64,000 nt of DNA from Myxococcota bacterium (GCA_040386535.1 JAZKFH010000055.1:85343-149342); one strand, 5' to 3'. Counted from the first letter of the stretch, positions 1 through 9,388 are shown. Notes: generated from the sequence alone by a model not told the origin. Numbers and translations: made by a program.

Positions 1-775
1 GTGCGACGGCGGCGCGGGCCGCGTCCACCCGGCGGTCCGCGGCGATCACGTCGGAGCGATCGGGCGTGGAGCCCGTGGTCTCCTTGGGGCCTGCCGCCTC
101 GAAGGCCGGCGCCGCCACGAGGGGATCGGCCCCGGCGTCGAACGTGTCCGGGCCGAAGCCGGTGATCTCCGCGAGCGCGCGCAGCGCCTGGATCGCGGCG
201 GCCTGAGCTTGCAGGTGGTTGGCCGCGGCGTGCGCCGCCTCGAGCCGGGCGAGCCGGAGATCGAGCGCCGGCGCCTCTCCGGCGTCTACCCGGGCCCCGG
301 TGGCCTCGCGCAGGTGGGTGGCGAGGTCGAGCGCCTGGGCGGCGAGTTGGGCCCGTCCGGAGGCGACCGCGGCGTCGGCCCAGGCGAGGCGCGCGCGGGC
401 GGCGGCCTCCAGGCGTGCCCGTCGTAAGTCAGAAGCGGCGGCATCCCGCTCGCCACGGGCGCTCCGGGCGGCGGCGAAGCCCTCGCCGGTCACCGAGAGC
501 GGCTGCACCGCTTCGAGCTCGACATAGGCCGCCGCGACCCGGGCCTCGACGTGGGGGTTGTGCCGCGGTCCGCTCGCGGCACGCAGCGCTCCCTGGGCGG
601 CGAGCAGATCTGCTTCCGCACGGGCCAGGGTGGGATCGTGCCGGAGGGCCGCGCGCACGGCGTCGTCGGGGGAGAGGGGAGCGGCGGTCGCCGTCCCGGG
701 GTCGAGGAGGGGGAGGAGGACGGCGGACGCGAGGACCAACGCGGCGGCGGCGCCGCGCGACAGGGAAAGGAGCAC
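1..775 (-). CDS. TolC/CzcC-family outer-membrane efflux protein (N-terminal part; runs off the left edge)
   Basis: Not in the ORF track. Manual translation from GTG at 775 gives a signal-like VLLSLSRGAAAALVLASAVLLPLL..., then PLSPDDAVRAALRHDPTL...HNPHVE...QPLSVTGE...RVDAGEAPALDLRLARLE, typical of CzcC/TolC. It lies downstream of a metal ATPase. Confidence 0.75.
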   Translation of the reverse strand, partial: MLLSLSRGAAAALVLASAVLLPLLDPGTATAAPLSPDDAVRAALRHDPTLARAEADLLAAQGALRAASGPRHNPHVEARVAAAYVELEAVQPLSVTGEGFAAARSARGERDAAASDLRRARLEAAARARLAWADAAVASGRAQLAAQALDLATHLREATGARVDAGEAPALDLRLARLEAAHAAANHLQAQAAAIQALRALAEITGFGPDTFDAGADPLVAAPAFEAAGPKETTGSTPDRSDVIAADRRVDAARAAVA

Positions 776-851
776 GAGGGGACCTCGAACGGAAGGGGAG
801 GAGCAGCGCGCACGTCAGGCGACGGCGCGGACCTGGGGATTCCGGTTCGGG

Positions 852-1220
852 TCAGGCGTTGGGGGGCGGGGTCGGCGGCGCGATGGCGCGGGCGAGGGGG
901 CGACCATCGCGGAGGAGGGGAGCGGGCGCCTCGTCGTAGGCGGGCGCCCGGATCGTCAAGGCGTCGAGCCCGGTCAACGCGTTCAGCGACGTGTGGCAGC
1001 CGCACACGTGCATCATCGGCGTGCAGCCGTGCTCGTCGTTCTCGTCGCCGTGGCCCTCTTCTTCGAGGAGCGCTTCCCCCTGCGCGTCGGCGTGCGCCTC
1101 GGCGTGCGCAAAGTGCCCGTCGTGGGCAAGGTGCTCCAGGTTCTCGAGCACCTCCGCGCCGCCGGGGATCAACCCGACGAGGACCAGGAGCGCGACGAGG
1201 AGGCGGAGGAGGCGGAACAA
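852..1220 (-). CDS. Small secreted His/Cys-rich protein, CzcI/DUF2946-like
   Basis: C-terminal part of ORF 852..1937 from TTG at 1220: hydrophobic N-terminus (LFRLLRLLVALLVLVGL), HLAHDGHFAHAEAH, EHGCTPMMHVCGCH and a Pro-rich end APPTPPPNA. It sits between the ATPase and TolC. Confidence 0.65.
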   Translation of the reverse strand: MFRLLRLLVALLVLVGLIPGGAEVLENLEHLAHDGHFAHAEAHADAQGEALLEEEGHGDENDEHGCTPMMHVCGCHTSLNALTGLDALTIRAPAYDEAPAPLLRDGRPLARAIAPPTPPPNA

Positions 1221-1231
1221 GCGACCTGGGC

Positions 1232-3493
1232 CTATGCGGCTTTCGAGGGGAGGGCAACCGCGGCGGCGGGCGGCCCTTCCGGCGACCGCAAGAGGCGGAG
1301 CGCGTTGAACACGACGAGCAGCGACGCGCCCATGTCCGCGGCGATCGCGCCCCAGAGCGACGCTACGCCGGCGAACGTCAAGAGGACGAACACCGCCTTG
1401 ATGCCGAGCGCGAAGGCGGCGTTCGCGCGGATGACCGCCACCGTGCGCCGCGAATGCCGGACGAGCCAGGCGATCCGGGTCAGATCGTCGCCCATCAGGG
1501 CCACGTCGGCGGTCTCGATCGCCACGTCGGTGCCGGCGGCGCCCATCGCGATGCCGAACGACGCGCGGGCCAGGGCGGGGGCGTCGTTCACGCCGTCGCC
1601 CACCATCGCCACGGTGCCGTAGCGCTGCTCCAGTTCCTCGATCGCGCGGACCTTGTCGGCCGGCAGGAGCTCGGCGCGGACGTCGTCGATGCCGACCGCG
1701 CGGGCCACGGCCTCGGCGGTGGCGCGGTTGTCGCCGGTCAGGAGCACGACGTGGCCGATCTCGCGCTTCAGCGCGGCCACCGCGGCCGCGGCGTCGGGGC
1801 GCACCGCGTCGGCGATGGCGAGCAGGCCACACACGTGGGTCTCGTTGCCGACCACCACGACTGTCCGGCCCGCCGACGAGAGCGCCACGAGCCGCGCGCG
1901 GACCTCGGGGGTCTCCTGGCCGCGCTCCACCAACCACCGGTGCGAGCCCACCCAGAAGCTGCGCCCATCGATCCGGCCCTCCGCACCCTTCCCGGCGACC
2001 GAGCGCACGTCACTCGCGGCGACCGGGACCACCCCCAGGCCCCGCGCGTGGTCGAGCACCGCCATCGCGATCGGGTGCTCGGAGCGCGCCTCGATGGCCG
2101 CCGCACGCGCGAGGACGCCGCGCTCGTCGTGCTCCGCGAGGGGCACCACCTCCACCACGCGCGGGCGCCCCTCGGTGAGCGTGCCGGTCTTGTCGATCGC
2201 CAGCGCCCGCAGCGAGGCCGGGATCTCGACGAGGCGGCCGCCCTTGAGCAGCACGCCGTGGCCCGCGGCGGCGGTGAGCGCGGCGACGATGCTCACGGGC
2301 GTCGCGATGACCAGCGCGCACGGGCAGCCGATGACGAGCAGCACCAGCGCGCGGTAGATCCAGTCCTCCCACGGCGCGCCCACGAGCAGCGGCGGCAGCA
2401 TCGCGACCGCGATCGCGACGCCGAGCACCACCGGCGTGTAGATCCGCGCGAAGCGGTCGACCCACTGCTCGGCCTCCGCGCGTTTGCCCTGGCTGTCCGC
2501 CACCAGGCGCACGATGCGCGCGAGCGTCGTGTCGGTCGCGGCGCGTGTCGAGACGACCGCGAGGGAGCCGCTCCCGTTGATGGTGCCGGCGAACACCTCG
2601 TCGCCCGGGCCCTTCGTCACGGGCACGCTCTCGCCGGTGATCGGGGCCTGGTTCACGCTGCTGGTGCCGGCGTCCACGCGGCCGTCGAGGGGGAAGCGTT
2701 CGCCGGGGTGGACGTGGAAGATGGTTCCGGGCGCCACGCTGGCGGGATCCACCTCGGCCTCGACGCCGCCGCGCACCACGCGCGCCTGCTCCGGGGCGAG
2801 GCGGAGAAGCGCGGCCACCGAACGCCGGGCCCTCCCGACGCTCCAGGCCTCGAGCGCGAGGGAGAGCGCGAACAGGAAGGAGACCGTCGCGGCCTCGAAC
2901 CACTCGCCCAGCACGAGCGCGCCGGCCACGGCGATCGTCATGAGCAGGTTCATGTCCGGTCGGAGCGTGCGAACGGCGTACCAGGCCTTCGGGAGCACGA
3001 TCCACACCCCGGCCAGGATGGCGACGAGGTAGGCCGCGCGCGCGGGCCAGGGTACGGTCTCCGCGAGCCCCGCGCCCTCCGAGCCGACGGCGGCCGTGAG
3101 CCCGGCGAGCGCGACGTGCACCCCGAAGCCGAGCGCCGTGCCCAGTGCGCTCACGACGACGAGGGCGTCACGGAGGCCCCAGGCGTGCGTCTCGGGGGCG
3201 GCGCCCCTCGCATCGACCCAGGGCTCCGCGCGCATGCCGGTCGCGGCGACGGCCGACACGACGGCGGCCGCGGAAACGTCCGCGCGCACGCGCATCCGAC
3301 CGTTGATCGCGTCGAACTCGAGCGCGTCCTCCTGCACGAGCGGCCGGAGCGCGCGCCGCAGGATGCCGACCTCCTCCGCGCAGTCCATCCCGTGGATGCG
3401 GAAGTCGAGCGCCGTCGCTCCACGAAACGAGGCCGGCGCCATCGGTGTCACAGGCGCCGCGTCGCAACCACACCCGTGCTTCTCCTCGCTCAT
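1232..3493 (-). CDS. Heavy-metal translocating P1B-type ATPase (CadA/ZntA-like, Zn/Cd/Pb)
   Basis: HMA domain GMDCAEE, TGES, CPCAL, DKTGTLT, SEHP and GDGVNDAP motifs. The ATG at 3493 overlaps the ArsR stop (ATGA). Confidence 0.95.
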   Translation of the reverse strand: MSEEKHGCGCDAAPVTPMAPASFRGATALDFRIHGMDCAEEVGILRRALRPLVQEDALEFDAINGRMRVRADVSAAAVVSAVAATGMRAEPWVDARGAAPETHAWGLRDALVVVSALGTALGFGVHVALAGLTAAVGSEGAGLAETVPWPARAAYLVAILAGVWIVLPKAWYAVRTLRPDMNLLMTIAVAGALVLGEWFEAATVSFLFALSLALEAWSVGRARRSVAALLRLAPEQARVVRGGVEAEVDPASVAPGTIFHVHPGERFPLDGRVDAGTSSVNQAPITGESVPVTKGPGDEVFAGTINGSGSLAVVSTRAATDTTLARIVRLVADSQGKRAEAEQWVDRFARIYTPVVLGVAIAVAMLPPLLVGAPWEDWIYRALVLLVIGCPCALVIATPVSIVAALTAAAGHGVLLKGGRLVEIPASLRALAIDKTGTLTEGRPRVVEVVPLAEHDERGVLARAAAIEARSEHPIAMAVLDHARGLGVVPVAASDVRSVAGKGAEGRIDGRSFWVGSHRWLVERGQETPEVRARLVALSSAGRTVVVVGNETHVCGLLAIADAVRPDAAAAVAALKREIGHVVLLTGDNRATAEAVARAVGIDDVRAELLPADKVRAIEELEQRYGTVAMVGDGVNDAPALARASFGIAMGAAGTDVAIETADVALMGDDLTRIAWLVRHSRRTVAVIRANAAFALGIKAVFVLLTFAGVASLWGAIAADMGASLLVVFNALRLLRSPEGPPAAAVALPSKAA

Positions 3494-3843
3494 CGCTCCT
3501 CCACGACTGGCGGCGCCGGCACCTCGTCCGCGTGCCGGAGGGCGTCCTCCACGATGCACCCGACGTGGTCGTCCACCAGCCGGTAGACGACCCGTTTGCC
3601 CTGCCGCTCCGTCTCGACGAGGCGCGCCTCGCGCAGGTGGCGGAGGTGGTGGGACATCGCGGTCTGTTCGACGCCGAGGGCCTCCACGAGCTCGCCCACG
3701 GAAGTCGGCCCGCGCCGGTGGAGCCACGAGAGCACGGACAACCGGGCGGGGTGCGCCATGGTGGCGAGCAGATCGACCGCGCGCTCGACCGCGAGGTCGG
3801 AGGGGTGGACGACGGGGGAGGGGAGCGGGGCGCCGTGGGGCAT
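3490..3843 (-). CDS. ArsR/SmtB-family metalloregulator
   Basis: AHPARLSVL, SVGELVEALGVEQTAMSHHLRHLR HTH, RQGKRVVYRL wing, and an alpha5-type DDHV...HADE site. Confidence 0.93.
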   Translation of the reverse strand: MPHGAPLPSPVVHPSDLAVERAVDLLATMAHPARLSVLSWLHRRGPTSVGELVEALGVEQTAMSHHLRHLREARLVETERQGKRVVYRLVDDHVGCIVEDALRHADEVPAPPVVEER

Positions 3844-3859
3844 CGGCTACTCTTGATGG

Positions 3860-3894
3860 ATTCATCATATGATGAATTATTCAGATGTTCAAGA
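3860..3894. promoter_or_regulatory. Probable ArsR operator in a divergent promoter
   Basis: AT-rich patch with a perfect 18-bp palindrome ATTCATCATATGATGAAT (3860-3877) overlapping TGAATTATTCA, just upstream of the arsR start. Confidence 0.7.
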
Positions 3895-3967
3895 TTTTTT
3901 GTCCCACCCCTCCCAAACCTCCCCGCTCTCGTGTCAAATGCCGCTCCCCGCCGACCCCGAGGTTTCC

Positions 3968-4825
3968 ATGCGCGTGTTCCTGCCGCTCCTTCTCCTGTCT
4001 GCCTGCACCCCTGGCACCGGCGACAACGATGTCGCGCGCACGCTCTCCACCTGCGAGACCTCGGTGGCCGACGACGTGCCGGCCTTCTTCCAGGAGCTCT
4101 ACCGCTGCGTGGACATCGTGCTCGCGGGCGACGACGTGGCGATCTCGACCACCGATCTCCCGCCACACCCCAGCCCCTACTACGAGGAGACCCACCCCAA
4201 CTGGGTGGCGTTCGACGACCGTGGCGGCGATTACCACGCCAACCCGAACATGCTCTCCGAGCAGGCGATGACGGTCACCATCCCGCTCGTTCCCACCCCG
4301 AAGGGCATCACGATCACCGACGACATGGTCGACCTCGAAGCCACGACCAGCCCCGAGGAATACCCGGGCGGCAACGGTGTGGCGCTCGACGGCACCCTCC
4401 TGTTCGCCGCGATGGCCGCCCCCGGCGACGACATCACCCAGGAGGAGTTCACCTTCGACCTGTACCAGGCTCACCCGCAGAACACCGGCGTGTACCACTA
4501 CCACAGCCCCACCCCGGGCCCCCTCGAGGTGCTCGTGGACGCCGGTTGGGCCACCACCAGCGAGCTTGGCTTGGCCGAGGTCGAGGTGTTCGGCATCATG
4601 TGTGACGGCACCGTGTTCCTCGGCTGCACCGAGCTGAACGGCGCGGAGCCCGACGCCGCCGACTTCGACGCGCAAGGCGGCCACGTGCACGATCTGCTCG
4701 GCGAGGACGGCACCCTCTACTTCGAGGACCGCTACCACACACACGCCTGCGAGGGTGTGTACGACCACGTGTTCGCGCCCGAGATCCAATACTACGAGGG
4801 GTGTGAGTCGGCGCGGCCGGGGTAG
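3968..4825 (+). CDS. YHYH-domain lipoprotein
   Basis: Lipobox MRVFLPLLLLSAC; GVALDG, AHPQNTGVYHYH, GGHVH and YHTH motifs. Confidence 0.8.
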   Translation: MRVFLPLLLLSACTPGTGDNDVARTLSTCETSVADDVPAFFQELYRCVDIVLAGDDVAISTTDLPPHPSPYYEETHPNWVAFDDRGGDYHANPNMLSEQAMTVTIPLVPTPKGITITDDMVDLEATTSPEEYPGGNGVALDGTLLFAAMAAPGDDITQEEFTFDLYQAHPQNTGVYHYHSPTPGPLEVLVDAGWATTSELGLAEVEVFGIMCDGTVFLGCTELNGAEPDAADFDAQGGHVHDLLGEDGTLYFEDRYHTHACEGVYDHVFAPEIQYYEGCESARPG

Positions 4826-4902
4826 GGGCGTTTGTTTGGGTGGGCTGGGCGCACCCCGCGAGGACGCGGGGCGGGCGCCTTGCGGGGTCGGGCTGGCGCC
4901 CT

Positions 4903-5150
4903 CGAGCGCGGCCGTCATTCCCGGACCGAGCACGCGAAGTGGCTGCTGAGGCGCGGCTGCGCGGCTGACGAGGGAGCAGGTCGAGACCTGTGACCGAGGA
5001 AGCCGCGCGGCCTCGCCCAGCAGACGCGAGCGGGCGACGGGAGGGAATGGCGGTCGCGCTCGCAGTCGGCCGGCTGCGGGCCGGCCGACTGGCGCGGGCT
5101 TGGGGCGGGGGGAGGGCCTTCGGCCCTTGGCTTTTCCGTGGCCCGCGCCA
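4903..5150 (+). ncRNA. Candidate structured RNA (long rod hairpin plus two further stem-loops)
   Basis: 4903-4922 pairs with 5043-5062 over 20 bp with two G-U pairs, with nested stems inside. A 12-bp perfect hairpin follows at 5063-5091, then a cUUCGg-capped stem. No family recognised. Confidence 0.35.
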
Positions 5151-5455
5151 CCCTTCAGGTGCCCTTGCGCGGGGTGTTGGGAGGGGGGCGGGAGTGGTTG
5201 GCGGAAGTTCGGGCGTTCTCCGAAAGTGGGCAGTTCCTCGGCGAGCCCTTGGGGCGGGTCGGGCAACCATTGTCTTTCCCCCTGCGCGCTCATCTGTGCC
5301 ACTGCAGAGGCCCGAATGGCGACTGGCGTGACGTAGTCACTGCCGGGACCGAGAGGGTATCACCCAGCAGGACTGAACATACCTCCGATTCGCCGGGCGG
5401 TCAGAGCCGAGTAGCGGACTCGTCGGCAGGTTAGCATTCTTTTAAGGGCCAGCAA

Positions 5456-6052
5456 ATGAACCAGCTTCGAGAACAGACCATCGCAGGTGCTCATGTCCTC
5501 TTGCCGGCGGGCGTGTACAATTATCTTGGGCCTAAACTCCGCATCGTCGACGGCGAGATCATCATCCAAGCTTCCGCCCAGAACCTCACCGTCACCGAGG
5601 TAGAGATGCTGCGCTGCCGTGTGAGGACCACGCGCAAGCTGAGCAACTTCGCTTGGCACGGCGCTCGGATCAAGGAGAGCACTTTCGCGGGTAGGTATTC
5701 GGGAAACGATTTTGGGCAGCGCGTAGGTCAGGCGGGCGAGACCGGCTCCGTTCAAGGCTGTGATTTCTCGCAATCCGTTTTGGACGCGTGCCGGTTTTCC
5801 GGTCCCGAGATCACCGACAACGTTTACCCGCGGTGGCCGTGCTTCGTGATCCATGAGCCACTGCGCGCTGCCTCCGAACTTAAGCGCGTGCAATGGCCGG
5901 GTAGGGTCTCCATCATGATGAATCTGCCGATGGCGCCTGACGTCCGGGTGCTTGCGCTTTCCTCGGTGGATTTGGTCAAGCAACTCGGCGGGACCAGCGA
6001 TCAGCTTCGCGCTGCCTTGGACACGCTGCCTCCGGGTATTGTGAGCTTCTAG
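5456..6052 (+). CDS. Hypothetical protein with pentapeptide-like repeats; possible orphan immunity protein
   Basis: 198-aa ORF, visibly lower GC; YLGPKL, GNDFG, GCDFSQSVLDACRF, YPRWPCF and VQWPG resemble a myxobacterial family from memory. Confidence 0.6.
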   Translation: MNQLREQTIAGAHVLLPAGVYNYLGPKLRIVDGEIIIQASAQNLTVTEVEMLRCRVRTTRKLSNFAWHGARIKESTFAGRYSGNDFGQRVGQAGETGSVQGCDFSQSVLDACRFSGPEITDNVYPRWPCFVIHEPLRAASELKRVQWPGRVSIMMNLPMAPDVRVLALSSVDLVKQLGGTSDQLRAALDTLPPGIVSF

Positions 6053-6390
6053 CTTTCCCGTCCCGGATGGCCGAAGGTCCGCTCGCGGCGCTCGCGTGAT
6101 GCCGAGCGGAAGATCGCGATTCTCGGCCACCCGGCTCGAAACCGCCCACCTTCGTGGAACTGGCCGATGTGCCGCTCAGTTCCGCCGGGGACGGCGGAAC
6201 TGGCCCGGGCGCCCGAAGCATAGCGGTGGTTCTCGATGGTGTCGAGGTGCGCCCGGGACATGCGCCCCCCGTCGAAGAGACGCCGGGGGGACGGGGCCAA
6301 GATGGCCCGCGCGCGGGGACGCGCGCGGAGGCCCCTCGCACGTCAGCAGTCGTCTTCGCGTTACAGCTCTAACCGAGAAGCCGCATCACG

Positions 6391-7452
6391 ATGGGTCACG
6401 ATAGGGAGCAAGACTTCATGGAAACCGTAGTAGTCACCGTCCAGGGCGATGCGGGAGAGGTCGACTCCGGGATCGACCTTGCCGTTGGCGACGTGGTCGA
6501 GTTGAGCGCGTCCGGGCAGGTAGGGCATCACCAGAGTCTGGGGGCGAATGATCTCTGGAACCCGGATGGGACCAGCGCCAATAGGCAGGAGGGCGTCACC
6601 GACCGATCCGGCGCGTTCGTGTTCCCGGATCTCGTGACCTTCAGCCTGATCGGGCGGGTGGGTGACGGCGACCCGTTCGTCGTGGGATTCCAGATCTCAC
6701 ACTCGGTGACGGACTCCGGTCGGCTGTGCTTCCACTTCAACGACCACAAAGGAGCGCTCGGCAACAACAAGGGTGAATTCGTCGTCACGGTCGCGATCAC
6801 CCGTTCCGCCAAGGCCGTACAGGATTCGTGTGGGGCTGCTCTGGATCGAGTGAAGCGGGCGTTTGGCGACGTCCTGGCAGAGCGCAAATCGTTGGAGAAG
6901 CCGCCAAACCTCACCGTGACCAGTTGCCCGGTTCCGTACAGCAACGCGCAGGTGAAGACCAATGACGATGAAGCCTCAAACAGCGGATCGCTCGCCGGCC
7001 TCTGCTTCAAAGCTCCGAAGGGCACGAAGCTCACGATCACCGAGGAGGGGCGCAACGAGGGCGGTGGCACGCTGTTCTTCGTCCCGCCTGGCTGCACCAC
7101 CACCTGGATAGGCGCCACCTTTTCTCAGGGGGCGGTGGACAAGGGATTCCTGAGGAAGGCCCCGGACGGGGTTTACACCCATACGGTCAGGTCTCGGCGA
7201 GAAGGAGAGGGGGCCGCGACGACAGACGGGCGCGACGCCGGCAGCGCCGAATCGTGGCTCTTTGAGCAGTGGCTGGAGAACTGGCACCATGAGCGCTGGG
7301 TAGAGACTTTCCGCGACGGCCACGGGCACGAGGCCCTAACAGTGGCGTTCCGGAGGACCTACTCGTTCACTTTTCAGAACGACGATGCCGTCCTCATCTT
7401 TCCGCGCTCGACCGACCCCGCCACGGTCAGCTTCACGGCGACCTTGGAGTAG
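6391..7452 (+). CDS. Hypothetical protein with N-terminal LecA/PA-IL-like lectin domain
   Basis: DSGIDLAVGDVVELSASG...SLIGRVG...PFVVG...SGRLCFHFND...NNKGEFVVTV pattern. The C-terminal domain is unrecognised. Confidence 0.55.
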   Translation: MGHDREQDFMETVVVTVQGDAGEVDSGIDLAVGDVVELSASGQVGHHQSLGANDLWNPDGTSANRQEGVTDRSGAFVFPDLVTFSLIGRVGDGDPFVVGFQISHSVTDSGRLCFHFNDHKGALGNNKGEFVVTVAITRSAKAVQDSCGAALDRVKRAFGDVLAERKSLEKPPNLTVTSCPVPYSNAQVKTNDDEASNSGSLAGLCFKAPKGTKLTITEEGRNEGGGTLFFVPPGCTTTWIGATFSQGAVDKGFLRKAPDGVYTHTVRSRREGEGAATTDGRDAGSAESWLFEQWLENWHHERWVETFRDGHGHEALTVAFRRTYSFTFQNDDAVLIFPRSTDPATVSFTATLE

Positions 7453-7875
7453 CCCAACGCGGTAGGCTTTGGTCCCGCTCGGGAGCCCCACGAGGGCGGC
7501 GTACCACCAGGGCCTGCTGCGGTACGCCGCCCTCAGCTGTACGGCGGCAGGCCTCGTCTCAGCACATCCGGCAACATGGAGCCTGAAGCGGCGTGTGGCC
7601 TCGAAGTTCAAGGGGCGAGGCGCGAACTTCGAGGGACGCACTGCGCCGAAAGGCACGAGCGGCGGTTGGGTTCGCGCCGGTTCGGAAGTTGCGAATGCCC
7701 GGGGCGAGATCCGCGTGCGCGCCTTCGTCGGCGGCGCGCCGGTCGGCCAGGAGACCGAGCCACTGATCGTGCGCTCGACCTTCCTCAATCCGGCGCGCGA
7801 GGGCGCCTTCCTGTGGGGGCCGAACTGCAGGTGGACACCCGCGACGCCGTAGCCGGGTGCCGTTAGACTCCGGCC

Positions 7876-8433
7876 ATGGGACTCCTCACCTTCAGCCTCA
7901 ATGTCACCCTGGACGGTTGCGTCGACCACCAGGAGGGGATCGCCGATGACGAGACGCACGCCTTCTTCACCCGTCTCATGGACGAGGGCGGGGCGATGCT
8001 GTGGGGTCGCGTCACCTACGAGATGATGGAGAGCTACTGGCCGGCAGTCGCCCGCGGCGACGAGGAGGCGCCGCCGGCCTTACGCGAGTGGGCGGTCAAG
8101 CTGGAGGCGAAGCCCAAGTACGTGGTGTCGTCGACGCGCAAGGACTTCCCGTGGACCAACAGCCACCACATCGCCGGCGATCTGCGCGAGGCCGTGCAGA
8201 AGCTCAAGGACGCCACGCCGGCCGGGGTGCTCCTCGGCAGCGGCAAGCTCGCGACCGAGCTCGACCGGCTCGACCTGATCGACGAATACAAGCTGCTCGT
8301 CCATCCCAGGATCGCCGGCCACGGCCCGACGCTGTACCAGGGCGGGCTGCCCGGCACGCGCCAGCTCGAGCTGCTCTCGGCGAAGCCGCTCCGCAACGGC
8401 GCGGTGGCCATGCACTACCGCCGCGCGCGCTGA
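7876..8433 (+). CDS. Dihydrofolate reductase / RibD C-terminal family protein
   Basis: NVTLDG, MLWGRVTYEMM, PKYVVSST, LIDEYKLLVHPRIAGHG. Confidence 0.9.
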   Translation: MGLLTFSLNVTLDGCVDHQEGIADDETHAFFTRLMDEGGAMLWGRVTYEMMESYWPAVARGDEEAPPALREWAVKLEAKPKYVVSSTRKDFPWTNSHHIAGDLREAVQKLKDATPAGVLLGSGKLATELDRLDLIDEYKLLVHPRIAGHGPTLYQGGLPGTRQLELLSAKPLRNGAVAMHYRRAR

Positions 8434-8518
8434 ATCACAGGATTCCCATCCCCCAGCGGCGTCCGCCTCGCGCTCCCCACGCAGCACGGCGGCGATGACG
8501 CTGATCCGAAGCCCAGCC

Positions 8519-9388
8519 TCACGCCCACAGCCTCTCCCCCAACCGCGCGGCCAGCGCCCTCCGCGATGGCGCCACCGAGCGCATCAACCGCTCTCCCGCC
8601 CGGCGGCGTGCATCCGGCCGGACCGCACCCCGCTCGGCGAGCCACGCGTCGATGTCCCAGGCCAGCTGCGCGTGCCGTGTCTCATCCATCGCGATGCGAG
8701 CCCAGACAGCGCGGTGAGCGCGGCGACCGCGAGTGGCACGGATGTGCGCCTCCACCGCGGCCCATGTCTCGTGGACACACCCTTCGACCGCATTGTCGAG
8801 TGCCAGGGCGTCGAGGTCGCGGACCGGGCGTCGCTCCACCTCGGGCCGGGGTACGGGGATCCCGGCCAGCGCCGCCACCTCCCTCGCGTGACGTGCCTCG
8901 TCCCGCGCCGCGGCCAGGCATCGCGCCGCGAGCTCCGGGGGGGCGCCATGGAGCGTCAGTTCGTGGTGCAGGCGTACGAAGGCGGGGACAGACGCCGCCT
9001 CCATGGCCGCCGCCCGGGCGAGACGGCTGCGAGCGCGCGAGGGCTGGAGGCCCGGGGGACGTCGGCCGCCCTCGCAATACGTGATGAACGTGCCCTCGCA
9101 GGTGAGCGTGAGCCCGGTGCCGGTGTCTGCCGTGTCGCTGGGTACACCCTCGATGGTGCACGCGGTGGGGTCCTCGATCGCCCCGCGCTCGAAGCTGCAT
9201 ATTTCCCGGCACAACTCCAAGGTCTGCTCGCCTGCTTCCAGCGCGCGCTGATCCAACAACCACTGCTGGACCTCCTCGGTCCGCACGGCGTTCGGCTCTG
9301 GCTCCGGGCACGACAGGAACAGGCCCGAACATCCCTGGACGCCCGGGACACCAGCAACCAGAAACACCGTGGCGATCGAGAGGCGCAT
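8519..9388 (-). CDS. Ferritin-like domain lipoprotein
   Basis: Signal/lipobox ...VQGC, a Cys-rich segment, then EAASVPAF, DEARH, NAVEGCVHE and DETRH di-iron-type motifs. Confidence 0.8.
   Translation of the reverse strand: MRLSIATVFLVAGVPGVQGCSGLFLSCPEPEPNAVRTEEVQQWLLDQRALEAGEQTLELCREICSFERGAIEDPTACTIEGVPSDTADTGTGLTLTCEGTFITYCEGGRRPPGLQPSRARSRLARAAAMEAASVPAFVRLHHELTLHGAPPELAARCLAAARDEARHAREVAALAGIPVPRPEVERRPVRDLDALALDNAVEGCVHETWAAVEAHIRATRGRRAHRAVWARIAMDETRHAQLAWDIDAWLAERGAVRPDARRRAGERLMRSVAPSRRALAARLGERLWA

Noticed and set aside
551..3586. 1011-aa + strand ORF
   Set aside because: Antisense shadow of the P-type ATPase caused by high-GC codon bias; no recognisable motifs.
4903..5062. SRP RNA, tRNA or tmRNA
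   Set aside because: No SRP GGAA-loop/AGCAG domain IV signature and no T-loop GTTCGA cloverleaf; left as an unassigned candidate.
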